Shown: positions 38,759 through 51,998, counted from the first letter of the stretch. The stretch: DNA of 64,000 nucleotides from Vicugna vicugna (GCA_013265495.1 MU057487.1:186001-250000), one strand, 5' to 3'. The notes: a model not told the origin generated them from the letters alone. A program made the numbers and translations.

Positions 38759-39201
38759 CTGTGTTGAAAAGGGAAACAAATATAAACTTCCACTCCAGGT
38801 CTTGAAAATAATTTAGTATGATGTTTTAAGGACAGGATGCTTATTTTATTTATTTAAAGCTACTTAACTCGATTAAAGCATAAAACTCTACAAGTATACT
38901 GTAGAGAACATAAAAGCCACATTGAAATTCCTCAGATGTATACTGAAGAGAATATATCTGTAAGTCACCTTTACTTATATTTAACTGTAGGTTTCATAAC
39001 TAAAGAAATTCTAAGGATTTGCCCCCTGAATTTCCCACTAGTTTTTTAATTTAAAAAAAGGGAGGGGGAAGAGCAGTAATGTTTCAAACTGTGAGGCAAA
39101 GCAAGGATTCCTTTTAGAATTTCTTGTTTGATTCATTAATTACAATTTCTTGAAATTACTTCAGTTTAGAAATAATACTTGAGAATATATACTAACACAG
39201 A

Positions 39202-39817
39202 TTTTATGGACTGAACTGTGTTTTCCCCAAATCTATAAAATGAATCCCTAACCCCTAAATGTGACTGTATTTGGAGATAAGGCCTTTAAGAAAGCAATTA
39301 AATGAGTCAATATAGTTAAATGAGATAATAAAGGTGGAGCCCTAATCCAATATGACTGGTGTTCTTAAAAGAAAAGAGCGAGACATCTGGGATACAAGCG
39401 CACAGAGAAAGGGCCATAGGAAGACACAGTGAGAAGGCAGCCATTTACAAGCCAAAGAGGCTTGATCTGTGTGTCTGCTTTTATGTCAACACTATACTGT
39501 TTTAATACTATAGCTTTATAATACGGTTTGAAATCAGGGAGCACGATGCCTGAAGCTTTGTTCTTTCTCATGATTGCTTTGGCTATTCAGGGTTTTTCCT
39601 GCTTCCATCAAATGTTTGGATTGTTTGTCCTATTTCTGTGAAAAATACCACTGAAATTTTGATAGGGATTGTGCTAAATCTGTATATTGCTTTGGGTAAC
39701 ACGGACATTTTAACAATATTAATTATTCCAGTTAGTAAGCATGAGAAATAAAATTTCTGTTGTTTAAACCACCCTGGCTGTGGTATTCAATTATGGCAGC
39801 CTTAGCAGATTAATACA
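39202..39817 (+). mobile_element. MLT1 (MaLR) LTR interrupted by an L1 ORF2 fragment
   Basis: ttatggactgaactgtg...gtgactgtatttggagataaggcc; 3' part aaatttctgttgtttaaaccacc...ggcagccttagcagattaataca. Confidence 0.8.
39462..39743 (-). mobile_element. Internal L1 ORF2 fragment
   Basis: ORF 39365..39571 begins RKNKASGIVLPDFKPYYKAIV, similar to L1 ORF2 [21 protein letters not shown]. Confidence 0.85.
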
Positions 39818-40089
39818 ATAAGGATTTAAAAATTGCTCCCTTTCTACTTTTCAAGACAAGAAGGATCACTTTATTTGCAAGTAATACAAGTGCAGAAAAA
39901 TTTTATTCTTATAATTTTCCATTAGGAAACTTAGGAAAATTCTTCAGTTTTGTTCATTTAACTGTAATACTTCACTGACTCTTGAAACTATTTTATGAAT
40001 GAAGAAAGAGGACCAAAGGTTATATGAGACAGTGGAAGGAAAACTGGAAAGACTACTGAACTGAAAATTCCAATGCTTCCACTTAGTAG

Positions 40090-40165
40090 AGGGTTAAGCC
40101 ATATGAAATTGCCAATACCAGACCATTTTCGACTTACAAAATTGGCAATTTCATGAGGTCAACTG
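40090..40165. mobile_element. MADE2-like mariner MITE nested in a MIR (about 40030-40285)
   Basis: About 75 bp with perfect 14-bp inverted arms atgaaattgccaat / attggcaatttcat. Confidence 0.75.
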
Positions 40166-41255
40166 AACAGATACATCTCTTTGAACTAGCCATTTCACTC
40201 CCCTCGGCTTCAGTCACTTCACTTGCAAAAGGAGGTGGCTGCAGTAATTATTTCTTGGATCTTGTCCAGCTTTGAAATACTGTAGGTTCATATTCCGTGA
40301 GAGTTAGGCAAAAGCGATAAAGCAGTCTCCTTCCTCAGAAATACATCTGTATAGTATGAACTCCTCATGCTGCATTTATCCTTTTTCTGTTACAACCTTC
40401 CAATTAATTTCTATAAAAATTCCTTAGCTAAAATTATTTGGTCATTAGAGCTGTCTACTAACAGATGGGATTCCCAGAGAATTTCTTGTCACTGAGGGCA
40501 TTTAAACAGAGTGACTGATTACATGTAAGGATTAGATGCCTACACTGGGAATAAAATTTCACTCAAAAATTTTCAACACTTCGATTGCCATCTAGCATCA
40601 AGAGAGAGTTGTACACACTTACACAATCTCATTTTTTATCCTGCTGATTCAAATAAAAACTCCATTTACAGGTTCAATACATTTCAAACATATCTATTAC
40701 TCTTTTGTTTTTAGATTTGCCATCTCTTTTTCATCTTTAACAAGGGAAAAATCCAAGGGGGAATGAACATAATAAGCATTTAACAATAATTTATAACATT
40801 ACTCTTTCTAAAAATGAGAGGCAATACTGATTGCAGAGGGAACTTCTTTGAGAGGATGTAAATAAAACCACTGAAAATTTAAGTCTATTTACTGCCTATT
40901 TACAGAAAGATGGAGAAAGTACAAAATTTTAATTTTTACTGGACTACATCTTTTGTAGATCTGTCATCAGATGAACAAGATCTCCTTTTTAATCTGTTGT
41001 TTATTTACATCTTGTGCTGTTGGCTACCCATAGCCATATCTACAACAGGCAGTTGCCAGAGAGCTGCAAGGAGGTCATGAGATAATACGGAGTACTGCTA
41101 TCCTACGCCACCCAAAATCACCACAGTAAGTTTGGAACATCAGAGCAGCAAGAAAACATGTTTATCTTTATATGCCCTAGGAAGTATCAATTAGATGGAA
41201 CATGAAGTCTGAAAAAAAATTCTTTTATAGATAGAATGAAAAAAATAATAATTAC

Positions 41256-41348
41256 CTCTTCCTCAAGTCTGCCATCTCTCAGGGTAGGAGGAATCCCTGG
41301 GTGCTTCGCTATCAATAATTCCATCAAGTTATGGGTGGCATGAAGTCT
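41256..41348 (-). CDS. SHPRH: SHPRH exon 16: RLHATHNLMELLIAKHPGIPPTLRDGRLEEE
   Basis: tttgtag|AGACTT ... GAAGAG|gtaatt; 93 nt. Confidence 0.94.
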
Positions 41349-43356
41349 CTACAAACACATAAAAGGCAATGATTACGACAGCCAGTGCAGCGAACTCTTA
41401 AGAAGAGAGGGAACCTACCATTAGTAAAGTATACAGAGCACTAACACCACATTTAAGATCGAATCACTGAATACTTTTTCTCTAAAACAACTGAATACCA
41501 ACTTTCTCAGAGAAAACCAGTAAGGTTTATGGTAAAGACCTTAATTTATAATTTTCAATTAAAAATACAGTCTTATGAAACATGTTTTTGTATTTAACAG
41601 AGTATGTAATATAGGTACACGTCTTCTGTTATACATGTACTTGTCCATACAGGGAAGTAAGAGTATGCCAAGTAAGTCCAGAAAAGTAGAAAGGCTGATT
41701 GCACACAGTGATTCCTCTTCTCCTAGGAAATACATCTGGAAGAATGTAGAAATATTACAATAAAAATAAGAATAATGGAATACACAGGAAAACAGGGCGG
41801 TGGCCTGGACCTGCGGAACTCAAGAGCTGAAAAGGGAGGAGCTGGAGGTGGAGACGGTGGAGAAAAGGAGAAAACTCCATTTAAAATCTCTGTATTAAAT
41901 ATAAGTCAGGCATCTCACAGTGATATTGAGTCTGTGCTGGTTTGAGGCCTCCTCTGGAGTCAAGGACTATGAGAAAAGAATAAAGCAAAGTAGTTTCTAA
42001 CTTGAGGCTTTATTTGGGAAGGTAGCTAAGGGCTAAAGGATGATTGGGAAAGAGTCCAGATAAGATCTGATTCGTTGCAGTGATTTGAGACTATAAAGGT
42101 TTACTCTGGCCACAAATTATGGGCCACAGTACATATCTTTGTAGAGTTAATCTTTGAAGAGTTACCTCAAATGTCTTAGGTCTTCCATCATGCCTTCATA
42201 GATAATATAATTAGTAGCACTATCAGATTTAATAGCAAAAGCAAAAGTATAAACACCACCAGCTTCTCTTTGTGCGCTTGTGGAAGAGGACTTCTGTTGC
42301 TTTCTGCACAAGTGGTGGAATGGACTGAAGGCAATACTTGTCTCTCTTCCCCCTCTTACACAATTTATCCCAGCAGAGCAGTGGTGAATCTGACTGGACA
42401 CAGCAAGACATTTGGTGGGCCAGGCTTTATCAGGAGGTGGGGTTATTGTGACTAAAAGGCAAGAACCAGGCTAATTAGCTTACTCTTCATTCTTGAACTC
42501 AGGCAGACGAGACTTATTTGTCTTACTTTGCTTCCTTTATTTGGGAGCACAGTATCTTTGCACTTCCTCCTTCTCCCATGGGGTAAACACATTTGCTTAT
42601 GGTTCAGGACCTTCTGTAATCCTTATCCATGCAATGCAAGTAGACTTGTATTTACTTTTCTCTCCTTTTTCTTCTCCCCCATATATTCCTGCTGAGGCAC
42701 AGGTGAACATGTAGGTCCCAAGGTCTAGATTCTGAATGGCAAAAAAAGCCTCACCTGGGACTCATTTGTTAAGTTTACACAAAGATTCCTAAAAGTGGTC
42801 CTTATTTACCATTGAGCTAGAGAGCCTTGTCTATATGGTCCACTGGACAGAACCAAGAAGACAAAGAGATTTCATAATTAAATAAGTGTTATAACTCAAA
42901 TACCCAAATCTCCTTAAAAGACCTCCAAAAATTAAATTAGATCACTGGATAGTTTTTTATTACTTAGTTGCATTGCTGAGTTTAACTCAATTTCTATTCT
43001 TTGTGATGAATACAATGTGAATAAGCATGTTGATGTTAACATACAAAAGTGATTAAAACTGACCTCATTCTTTGAAATACAAATATTTTCACCTGCTTTT
43101 CTAATGTAGATTAGGGTTATCTAGCCAGCCTTGCAGCCAGTATTGGCCTGAGCAGACAGGATAGCAATGATTCTCAAACTTTCGTGTATAAATATACAAG
43201 TCATCTTGGATGCTTAATTTTTAAAAGAACGTGAATTCTAAGCTCCATCACCAGTGATGAGGACTCAGTCCATTTGTTACCCTTTGTCCTTTTAAATATT
43301 CAGAAAAACTATTTTGTAAAAAGCAAGTATTTTCAGACTGTTTAATTTTTACTTAC

Positions 43357-43445
43357 TTGCAGTGAATCGGTTTTGAGTTTTTCCTTGTGTTCCTCAGACG
43401 AACGCAACACTTCTCTGTACAATTCTGCTGCCGAGGCATACTCAC
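43357..43445 (-). CDS. SHPRH: SHPRH exon 15: GEYASAAELYREVLRSSEEHKEKLKTDSLQ
   Basis: tattcag|GTGAG ... CTGCAA|gtaagt; 89 nt. Confidence 0.94.
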
Positions 43446-44073
43446 CTGAATAATCAAAATATATTTAAAAGCAGAAGAAAATCATGTATTTAGCTCCCAG
43501 TGTTATCTAGTTATCGATCATCTAAAAATATCTACTGTAGGGATACAGCAATGATTACACTCACCAATTAATTTTTTAAGAAAAATAGTTTAACTTGGTG
43601 TTAATATAATTGCCCCAGTAAAGAAGCTGAGGATAGCACCTTCTTTTTAGGTGAACTCCAATCAAACACAATGTTTTAAAATTATACTGAAAAACAAACT
43701 CTGAATTAACTTTTAATTTAAAAAAAGTGTTTTTTTTTTTTGTTGAAGTTAAATGACTACCAATCAGTAGTCATTAGGATATTTGAAATTAAGGACAAAT
43801 TTTTGGTACTTACATGTATTTATAAACAAATATTCAAAACACTATGACCAACCGATGCATAATTCTCAGAAAATAATGCACTCTTATTGATAGGCATTAT
43901 TCTTGTTGGTAGTAGGCCAGAATGATTTACAGTTAAAAACTACATTTCAAAAACTTAAGAATTCTTTCTATTTCTGCTGACACAAACCAAAATTAGTCTG
44001 AGATATATGCTGTGTTTTATTATACAAAATGAGTAGCTCATTCAAATAAAGTAATTCAAAAAGTATCAATTAA

Positions 44074-44402
44074 AGCACGTGTTGGCAAACTACGGCCCGT
44101 GGGTGTTATGACTGGATTTTCATAGGGTCCACAAGTTAGAAATGGCTTTTTCACATTTTTAATTGCTGAAAAAAATTTAAAAGAATAATGATGTTTTGTG
44201 ACATGTGAAAATTACATGATATTAAATTTCAGGGCCCATGAATAAAGTTTTATTGAAACTCAGCCATGCTGACTTATTTATGTACTGTCTGTGACTACTT
44301 CTGCATTACAATAGTAGAGCTGAGTAGTTGCCACAGATTTTATGGCTCACAAAGTCTAAAATATTTATTATCTAGTTTTTTCAGAAAAAGTTTGATGAGA
44401 CT
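44074..44402 (+). mobile_element. MER58-type hAT-Charlie element
   Basis: gttggcaaactacggcccgtggg...aataaagttttattgaaactcagccatgc...aaaatatttattatct...cagaaaaagtttg. Confidence 0.8.
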
Positions 44403-47270
44403 TCGATGAAGAAGAAATGAAACTTTTTTTTAATGGCTTGAATAATGGAACCTATCTTATTTGCTGCCTGAGGAAAAACACAGAACTGGTAATTTATACA
44501 TACAATTAAAAATCTAACATGGCAAAATCATGAAATACAAAAAAAAAAAAAGGTAAAGATGTTCTAGTTTCAGTTTGCTACGGAAAAAAGCTGTTTTCCT
44601 GATCACCACATACACTTTCATTTTTTTAGACATTAAACTAGTTTCATTAATATCATGGATTTAGAACTTTATTCACAGCCATCTTGAGCTTTCCATAAAT
44701 ACACCTTTGTAAATTTTGTTGTTGGCGCTCTCTCTCTCTCTTTGTTAAAGCTGCTTTTATATATGTATATTTCATTGTGGTAAAATATACATAAATTAAA
44801 ATTTACCATTTCAATCATTTTTAAAAGTGTGCAGTTTGGTGTTGTTAACTATATTCATATTATGCAAAACGTTTGCTTTTATACCACTGCTTTATATCCA
44901 GTTCTATCAGTTACTTAATATTAAACTTTCTAAATCACACATTTTCACAGTACTTTACAGTCATCCAATTTCCGTGCACTCTAATAAAGGAGAAGATGAT
45001 TTTCACGATAACAAAGTTGCTATATAATGTAGAAGTAACATTTAATTATCTTCACACAACGAACTCTCTTTTTAGTTTTGAAGAGTCTTGTAAAGCTTTT
45101 CAAAAGACATATAGATTCTATTAATATTTATACTATCATTTATACAGAATAATTCATTTAACAATTCTCCCCTCATCATTACTATATTTTTAAAAGAAGG
45201 TATAATGACTTACAATAAAAGCAGTTGAAACAACTATTCATTATAATACCATTTTTTTTTAATGTTTGGTTAAAAAAAGACACGTTTTATGGGGAAGACA
45301 CAAAAATGTGTATATTCAATACGCTACACAAGTTTAAGCCAAGTTTGGAAATACCCATTCTTTGCCACTTGGTGGCACTAACATTTTCAGGAAAATAAAT
45401 CGTACTGGTTTGGTATCTCCAAGCTAATTTTCTCCAAAAATACATGTTCAGAAACAAAAAGTGTTTGTGATGATCAGGAAGAAGCTTTCTTTCACAGCAA
45501 ACTGAATCCAGAACATCCATAGATATAAATTTCATGTACACATTATATAAAATTGAAATAATACCATGTTTTTAATACCACAATCAGTGAGGACCTCAGA
45601 ATATGCAATGTATTAGAATATGCATATATATTGTTACGTACAATATAAACAAATTCTTTTAGTTTGATATTCATTTTAGATTTATTTTAGAAGTCAGATC
45701 CTCACTATCTGATCTCTATATTAAAAGAATTTAAATTATGTAAGTTAAGTATGTAATGCTACTTTTAAAAAGGTGTACTGTTTAATACACTACTATGAGT
45801 TAAGCCATGGAAACTTAAAGTACTTAATCCGTTACAATTAAGTTTATAATTACAATCAAATGAAGCACTGTTCATTAACAGACTTTCAAATAGAAATTTC
45901 TTTTAACAATTAGCAACAGTTTCCATCCACAGACAAATAACCACGGTGGGAATGCAGTGGAAACTATCCGAAAAGAGCAGTGATGCACCTCCTGTCACAC
46001 TGAGATGTGCTATTTTGCCAAACAGGAGCCAACTATGTGCTGATCCTGCTGTAGTGCTACAGTGTCTGCAAATGATCGTATGAATAGCCCGTTTTTCCAA
46101 TTCCCATATTATGCATAACTTCACAGCTGGGAAAAAGAGACAACAAATCTGAAAAGGAGACTAGAAAAAGGCCAATCGCACTGTTGCTCTTTCAAATTTT
46201 TCAGTCTTTATTCTCTTTGTTTTCCATGTTGGATAGTTTCTATTGCTATTCTACTTTTCAACTTTACTGACTTTTTTTCCTGCAGAGTCTTAACTGCTAT
46301 TTATTAAGTATCTTTTCCATAACAGACAATGAAATTCACATTATTATAAGCCTCAATTTACGTTTCAGTGTGTCTATTTAACATGTCTGATCTTTACTCC
46401 TGAACCTATGAACTACAGCTCTAATGATTCTCACATTTATATGGAAACGTGTTTACTAAATGGTGCTCATTAAGAGTCAGTTATGCACCTTGTGCTTTGA
46501 GCCAAGACAGAATAACAGAATAGATTTACCCTCCTTCCTGAAACAACTAAAATGAAAGACAAAATAAATAAAATAATAGTTTGTAAGACACTGGACATCA
46601 AAAAACAATCAAAAAAGCAGTGATCTTGAAGAGACAGGCAACTCCAAGTAAACATCTTTCCATGAAATGTAGGATTCCCTTCCTAATGTGCTTAAATTTG
46701 CGCATAATATGTAACACATTAACTATATCCACATCCATCATATGTGTGTATGTCTGTCTCTCTCTGTTAAGAATTTAAGGTCCATAAGATCAGAGACTAT
46801 TTTGACTACTTTATTTTATTGTATCATTTTTAGTACCTAGATCATACCCAGCACACAGGAGACATTCTAATATTTGTTGAAAGAATGAATTTACAAACAT
46901 TAGTTTCTAAATCAATGACCAATATTCATCTGAATGTGTCAAAATTTAACTGTCTTCCATTTCTAGGCATTTTGGTTGTTTCAGTTGTTATTATAGACCA
47001 TGATCAATAATTTACAGCCAAATCTGTGTTCACATTCTAATTTCCCTAAAAAAAACTTTGAAAAGTGGAAATGTTTGGTGAAAGTACATGTAAACTTTGA
47101 AGGTTTTTGAAATGTTTTCTATAAGTGCTCTCTATTAAGTTGAACCTATTTAAATTATGATCAGTACTGTGTGAAAGTGTCTTTCTTGGGAGATTTTGAT
47201 TTCTACTCTAACTAATCTTCCTCTTCGAGTACTTAGAAGAATCAGAGATAACAAAGCAATCACCTTCTAC

Positions 47271-47392
47271 CTTTAATGATGTGGATGCCTGCTAAGCCAT
47301 TGAGAGCACAAACTAGTTGCCGATGTGCTTCTTCACATTCAGTTCCACATTTCTTCTGCAGAGATGTCAGCAGCTCTTCCATTGTCATGGTG
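47271..47392 (-). CDS. SHPRH: SHPRH exon 14: (S)TMTMEELLTSLQKKCGTECEEAHRQLVCALNGLAGIHIIK(G)
   Basis: ctttaag|CACCATG ... ATTAAAG|gtagaa; 122 nt; an alternative in-frame acceptor starts at 47419. Confidence 0.9.
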
Positions 47393-48429
47393 CTTAAAGA
47401 AAATGCAGATTGTTCAGAACTAGAAAGAAAATCCTAAGTGAGAGCATTACAATACATAAGATCAAGAGTACCAGACTCTTAAAGAGCCTTTGTGACAGCT
47501 TCAGCATCCTTCTGTTTACCTCTATTTTTGCCACCATCACTTTCAACTTAATTACCTCTTACTATTCTGAAAATAGTATGGGTACAAGGATCTAAGACTG
47601 AGACTGAATCCCAGCATTAAGCTTAATTAACCTGTATGAGCCTGATTCTTCTTTTAATATGTAAAAAAAATGAAGATTCTCCAAGGATTAGAAGAAACGC
47701 CTTTTCTACCAGAAGGCAGTCTAACATTAACCACTTCATATTGAAATTTCTGCCATACTCAAACTGTGCACAGCAATTCATATACACCTCTTGTGAAATA
47801 TATCATGTTTGCTATTTATTATACAGATCCATAGTCTTTGTCATGCCTTTTATTTGTCTATGAACAGCTTAAAGGCAAGGAAAAAAGTCAAATTCCTCTT
47901 TATATTTCTTATAGCACTTGAAAGGGTTCTCTTTTTAAAATCAGGTGTTGGAAAAAACTGCCAGTTCTTGAATCACAGTCTGATGAACAAAAAAAACTTT
48001 TGGGACAATAGATTATTGTGGGCATAAATATCTTAATGTATTAGAAAGGAACAATCAAAGAATATAGTTAGCACAATTATAAAGAAAATATTTAATGGTA
48101 CTCTCATTCATTTAATTCTGTAATGTGGGAACCAAAAAATATAATAAGAAAAGAACAAAAGGCTTTCATATCTGGAGTATAGCAAAAAACAAAACAAAAC
48201 CCAACAATAGTCCTAATTTTAAAAGAAATGTTCAAAACCATGAAAATAATTTTGATGATGTGATTCTCTTTCACAAATGGTGTTCCACGCCAAAGAAAAA
48301 CCACTACACTAAAAATAGCTGATAACTCAGAGATACTAAGTGAAACTGTGAGCTAGGAAGCTAACTGCTTAAATATTGTCTATTATTTCTATATTACCAA
48401 TTGCAGTATAAGGAAAGTAATAATAAAAC

Positions 48430-48686
48430 CTTTTCTGGAGTGGCAAGAATTCCCCACGAACAGCCTGTGGGTGGCAGCAGGCCTGCCTGAGCCTTAGCAA
48501 TGGATACAGGATGGAGGTGACAGTCCTTCTGTCCAGGCTGCTGAGCTTCAGGGCCCAGTCAGAAATCTTCCTGAGTTTTACCACCGCATCCTGGCAGCAC
48601 ACTTCGTGCTGACGGTGATAGAAATGTCTTTCCACTGGAGAAAAGTGGAGCCAGTGGATTTCTTCTGTTTGAGGAGGTATCTGGAT
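48430..48686 (-). CDS. SHPRH: SHPRH exon 13: IQIPPQTEEIHWLHFSPVERHFY...LLRLRQACCHPQAVRGEFLPLQK
   Basis: tgtacag|ATCCAG ... GAAAAG|gtttta; 257 nt; SNF2 LRQACCHP motif; follows a 109-nt intron. Confidence 0.95.
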
Positions 48687-48795
48687 CTGTACAGAGGAGG
48701 AAAAAAATTACTTCACCTGGAAATTTAACTTTCCATTCCAACTTTTTTTTTTCCCCCTCTAATACCCTTAATCAGCAAAAACTTAAGCTACTGAC

Positions 48796-48959
48796 TTGGT
48801 CAATCACATCTTTCTTTGCAGACCTCCACAGAATCTTGGCAATAAAGCTGTAGAGGAGCTGAGGATTCTTCTTGCAGTAAGGACGATAGAGAAGCCGAAC
48901 CCACCAGTGTTTGACACAGTAAGGTTCAATGCCAAGAAAGACCACTAACCCAAAAAGAT
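48796..48959 (-). CDS. SHPRH: SHPRH exon 12: DLFGLVVFLGIEPYCVKHWW...LWRSAKKDVIDQ
   Basis: gtttcag|ATCTT ... GACCAA|gtcagt; 164 nt. Confidence 0.95.
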
Positions 48960-48991
48960 CTGAAACAAAAGAAAAAAGCACAATGAGAAAA

Positions 48992-49272
48992 CAGATGGTC
49001 CCTGACTTATGATGATGTAAAAACGGCATTCATTGGAAACCATACTCCAAATTTTGAATTTTGATCTTTTCCCAGGCTAGTGATAAACGGTACAAACTCT
49101 CCTGAGATGCTGGGCAGCGAGTCACAGCTTCCAGTCAGCCATGCAATCACAAGGGTAAACAACCGATACATAAACACCCATCCTGCACCCAGACAACCAT
49201 TCTGTTTATCACTTTCAATACAGTATTCAGTAAGTTACATAAGATATTCAACACCATATTATAAATAGGCTT
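48992..49272. mobile_element. Tigger-family (MER47/Tigger5-like) fragment next to the exon 12 acceptor
   Basis: cagatggtccctgacttatgatg...aattttgaattttgatcttttccc...cacaagggtaaacaaccgatac. Confidence 0.65.
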
Positions 49273-49704
49273 TTTTTCTTTATCTTTTCTGTTTCCTCAT
49301 ATAGAGAATTCTTCCTTTCTTCTTTACTTGGTTCAGGTAATGTTTTAGATCTTGATTTAGCTGTCACTTTCCTCTGTGTTCCTATTGTGTGATGTCACAG
49401 AACAAGACATCTTTTTTTTCAAATCTATTTTAGTTAAAATTTTATATTTATTTCATATGTGAAAGTTATCTTGATCGCAATCTTATGTTTGTTTTAAGTA
49501 TTCAATACACATATCTCTCCCTCTAAGCTATAAGCTTAATAATGCCAGGGACCTTATCTATCTTTTGCTATTATACCTCACAAAGGAAAAATGAGACAGT
49601 AAATGCACCAAAAATTGCTTCAGTTGTTTAAAGTCAACACTTTTAAAGAAACTAAAATAAATAGATGAATGCATAAATAGAATATAAAAACAAAAGCATC
49701 AGTG

Positions 49705-49925
49705 GCAGTAGCTACCATTTATTGAATATTTAGTATCTGCCAGGTACTATGCTAAATGCTTTGCAAGCTTTATTACAATTAACTTTAAAACACCTTATTT
49801 TACAAATACAAACAATAAGGATTTGAATGATTAAGTAATTTGTTTATGGACATACAACTAATAAGTCAGGATGTAAACCCAGGTTCATATACCCCCCCAA
49901 AGCCAATGCTCTGTGTACTACATAA
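49705..49925 (-). mobile_element. MIR SINE
   Basis: gctaccatttattgaat...tgccaggtactatgctaaatgcttt. Confidence 0.7.
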
Positions 49926-50179
49926 ATAAGTATATTATAGACATGGGGTTGGAGGGTGAGAGGAGAGGGCAGTGCCCTTTTGCCTATTTGACTCTCCAAG
50001 TAGACTGGCATTATTTCATCTTGTCTCTAGAAACATACTAAAGGCCTGGCAAATCATGTAATGAAAACATCCTAGCCTCATCTCTTTGTTTAATATGTGG
50101 CCAATTTAGGATTCAACAATCTCTTGGTTGTAGCTAATTAATAAATCGTCAAATCTGACTCATCTCTATCAGTTTAGCA

Positions 50180-50375
50180 TAGCAGTTCTCAACTGAGGTG
50201 GAGGTGGAGGGGTGAGATTTTTGCCCACAGGGGACATTTGGCAATGTCTGAAGACATTTGTGGGTGTCACAACTGCAGGAATGTTACTGTCATCTAGTGG
50301 GAAAAAGCTAAGTAACCAAAATGCACAGGACAGCTCCCAACAAAAATGGCCCTAAATGTCAACGGGGCTAACTCC
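50180..50375 (+). mobile_element. MER20-like element
   Basis: cagttctcaact...ggggacatttggcaatgtctgaagacattt...gtcacaactg...tgcacaggacagc. Confidence 0.8.
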
Positions 50376-51998
50376 AGATACAGCATAGTAAGTCACATTA
50401 GGCTAAAATTCCCACTCCAACAACCACAAAAAGAACAGATACATTATAAGAGTTACTAGTGTTAAAGGCATCAGAGGATTATGGAAACAAAGATGAAAGA
50501 TAAACTAAATTTCCAGACAGTCTGGAAAGGCTTGTTTTTTTTCAAAGGTAATTTGGGCATGAGAAAACTTCTGGGGTGATTATCTTGATTGTGGAAATAA
50601 ACTCACAAGTGTACACATATATCAAAAGTTTATGAATTTTACATTTTAAACGTTTATAGCTTCACTATATGTCATTTATACCTCAATAAAGGTGTTTAAA
50701 AAATTAATAAAAAATTTGTTGAATGGTCAGTGCTCAAAACACCTGTCAACGTCTTATTTATCCAAATTAAACTACCCAGGGAACTGAGGAATTAATGCTC
50801 ATATTCTTCCACCATTAAAATTAGAAAAAAGTAAATTTGACAGTCCTTTTCCTTTTTCTATATCTTTTCAGCTAACTTTTGAGCTGAATGAGATCTCATT
50901 AACACCTAAATATCAACAAACTGGGCAGGTTCCAAGTGTGACATCACACCACTAAATTTGGTCTTTTAATTAGCCTATTACTCTATAAATATGTATCTTA
51001 ATGTAACTTACTAAAATTATACAAGTAGTTAAACATATACTTAACAGCTTCCTAAAAATCCCTTTTTCCTCTAAAAATAATTATTAAAAATATATTTTTC
51101 AGGTCAGAGTAATGGATATTGATATTTTTGTTTTAGCAAAATAGCTTATTCTTACTCTGCTAAAACAAAAAATATATGAAAACTTGAATTTTCAGAAGGG
51201 TAAGTTTTGAGAATGGGTATTTGCCACAGGACTCCAAGAATATTTATATTTTATAATTTAACTACATTTTAATGACAACTTTTCAGGAAATTTATTATGT
51301 AAAACTACATTTACTTAAACTTATAGTTTTCTATTCACAACTTAAAATGGAATTTTTTAAAATGCAGTGTTATGTTCTTTGTTAGTAAGTTTATGAATGA
51401 GATTAACATGGAAGCTTGAACTATAAATGTGTGGTTGGGAGGGAGGAGATGACTAGACATAATCATAGTGTTCAAAAAGAGAAATGGTTAAAGGAATAAT
51501 GGTTTAAGCACATGATGTGGTATTATAAAGCTATTAATATTTTATAACTTTTACAATTAGTAAAATTATAGTCCTACTATTTATAGATCCAGTCATTGAA
51601 AATCATGGTCCTACTTTTATAGACATAGCCAAGTGAAATTAATTCCCTTTTCCTCTCTCTCTCTTTTTCTTGTTGGGTTCTTCATGTTTTCTGCCCACCA
51701 TTTCGGAACTCTTGAGTTCAATTCAGGCCTATGCCTACTTCTTTAAGCAGGCACAGTTACTGTTCAAATTAAGACAGTGGGACTATTCGCTATATATCTG
51801 TCCTCATATATACAAACAAAAATCACTTGATTCCATGTAAAAAGGTTAAATGTTTGAAAGCATTAGGAGTTGAATACAAATACATGTATAATCACTTAAA
51901 AACGGATTTCAGCAAAAGCTAAACATAATGATACTTTTTGTTAAAAAAAAAATCAAGCTTTTCAAATATATGCAATATGTGAGGAAACCATGCAATAC

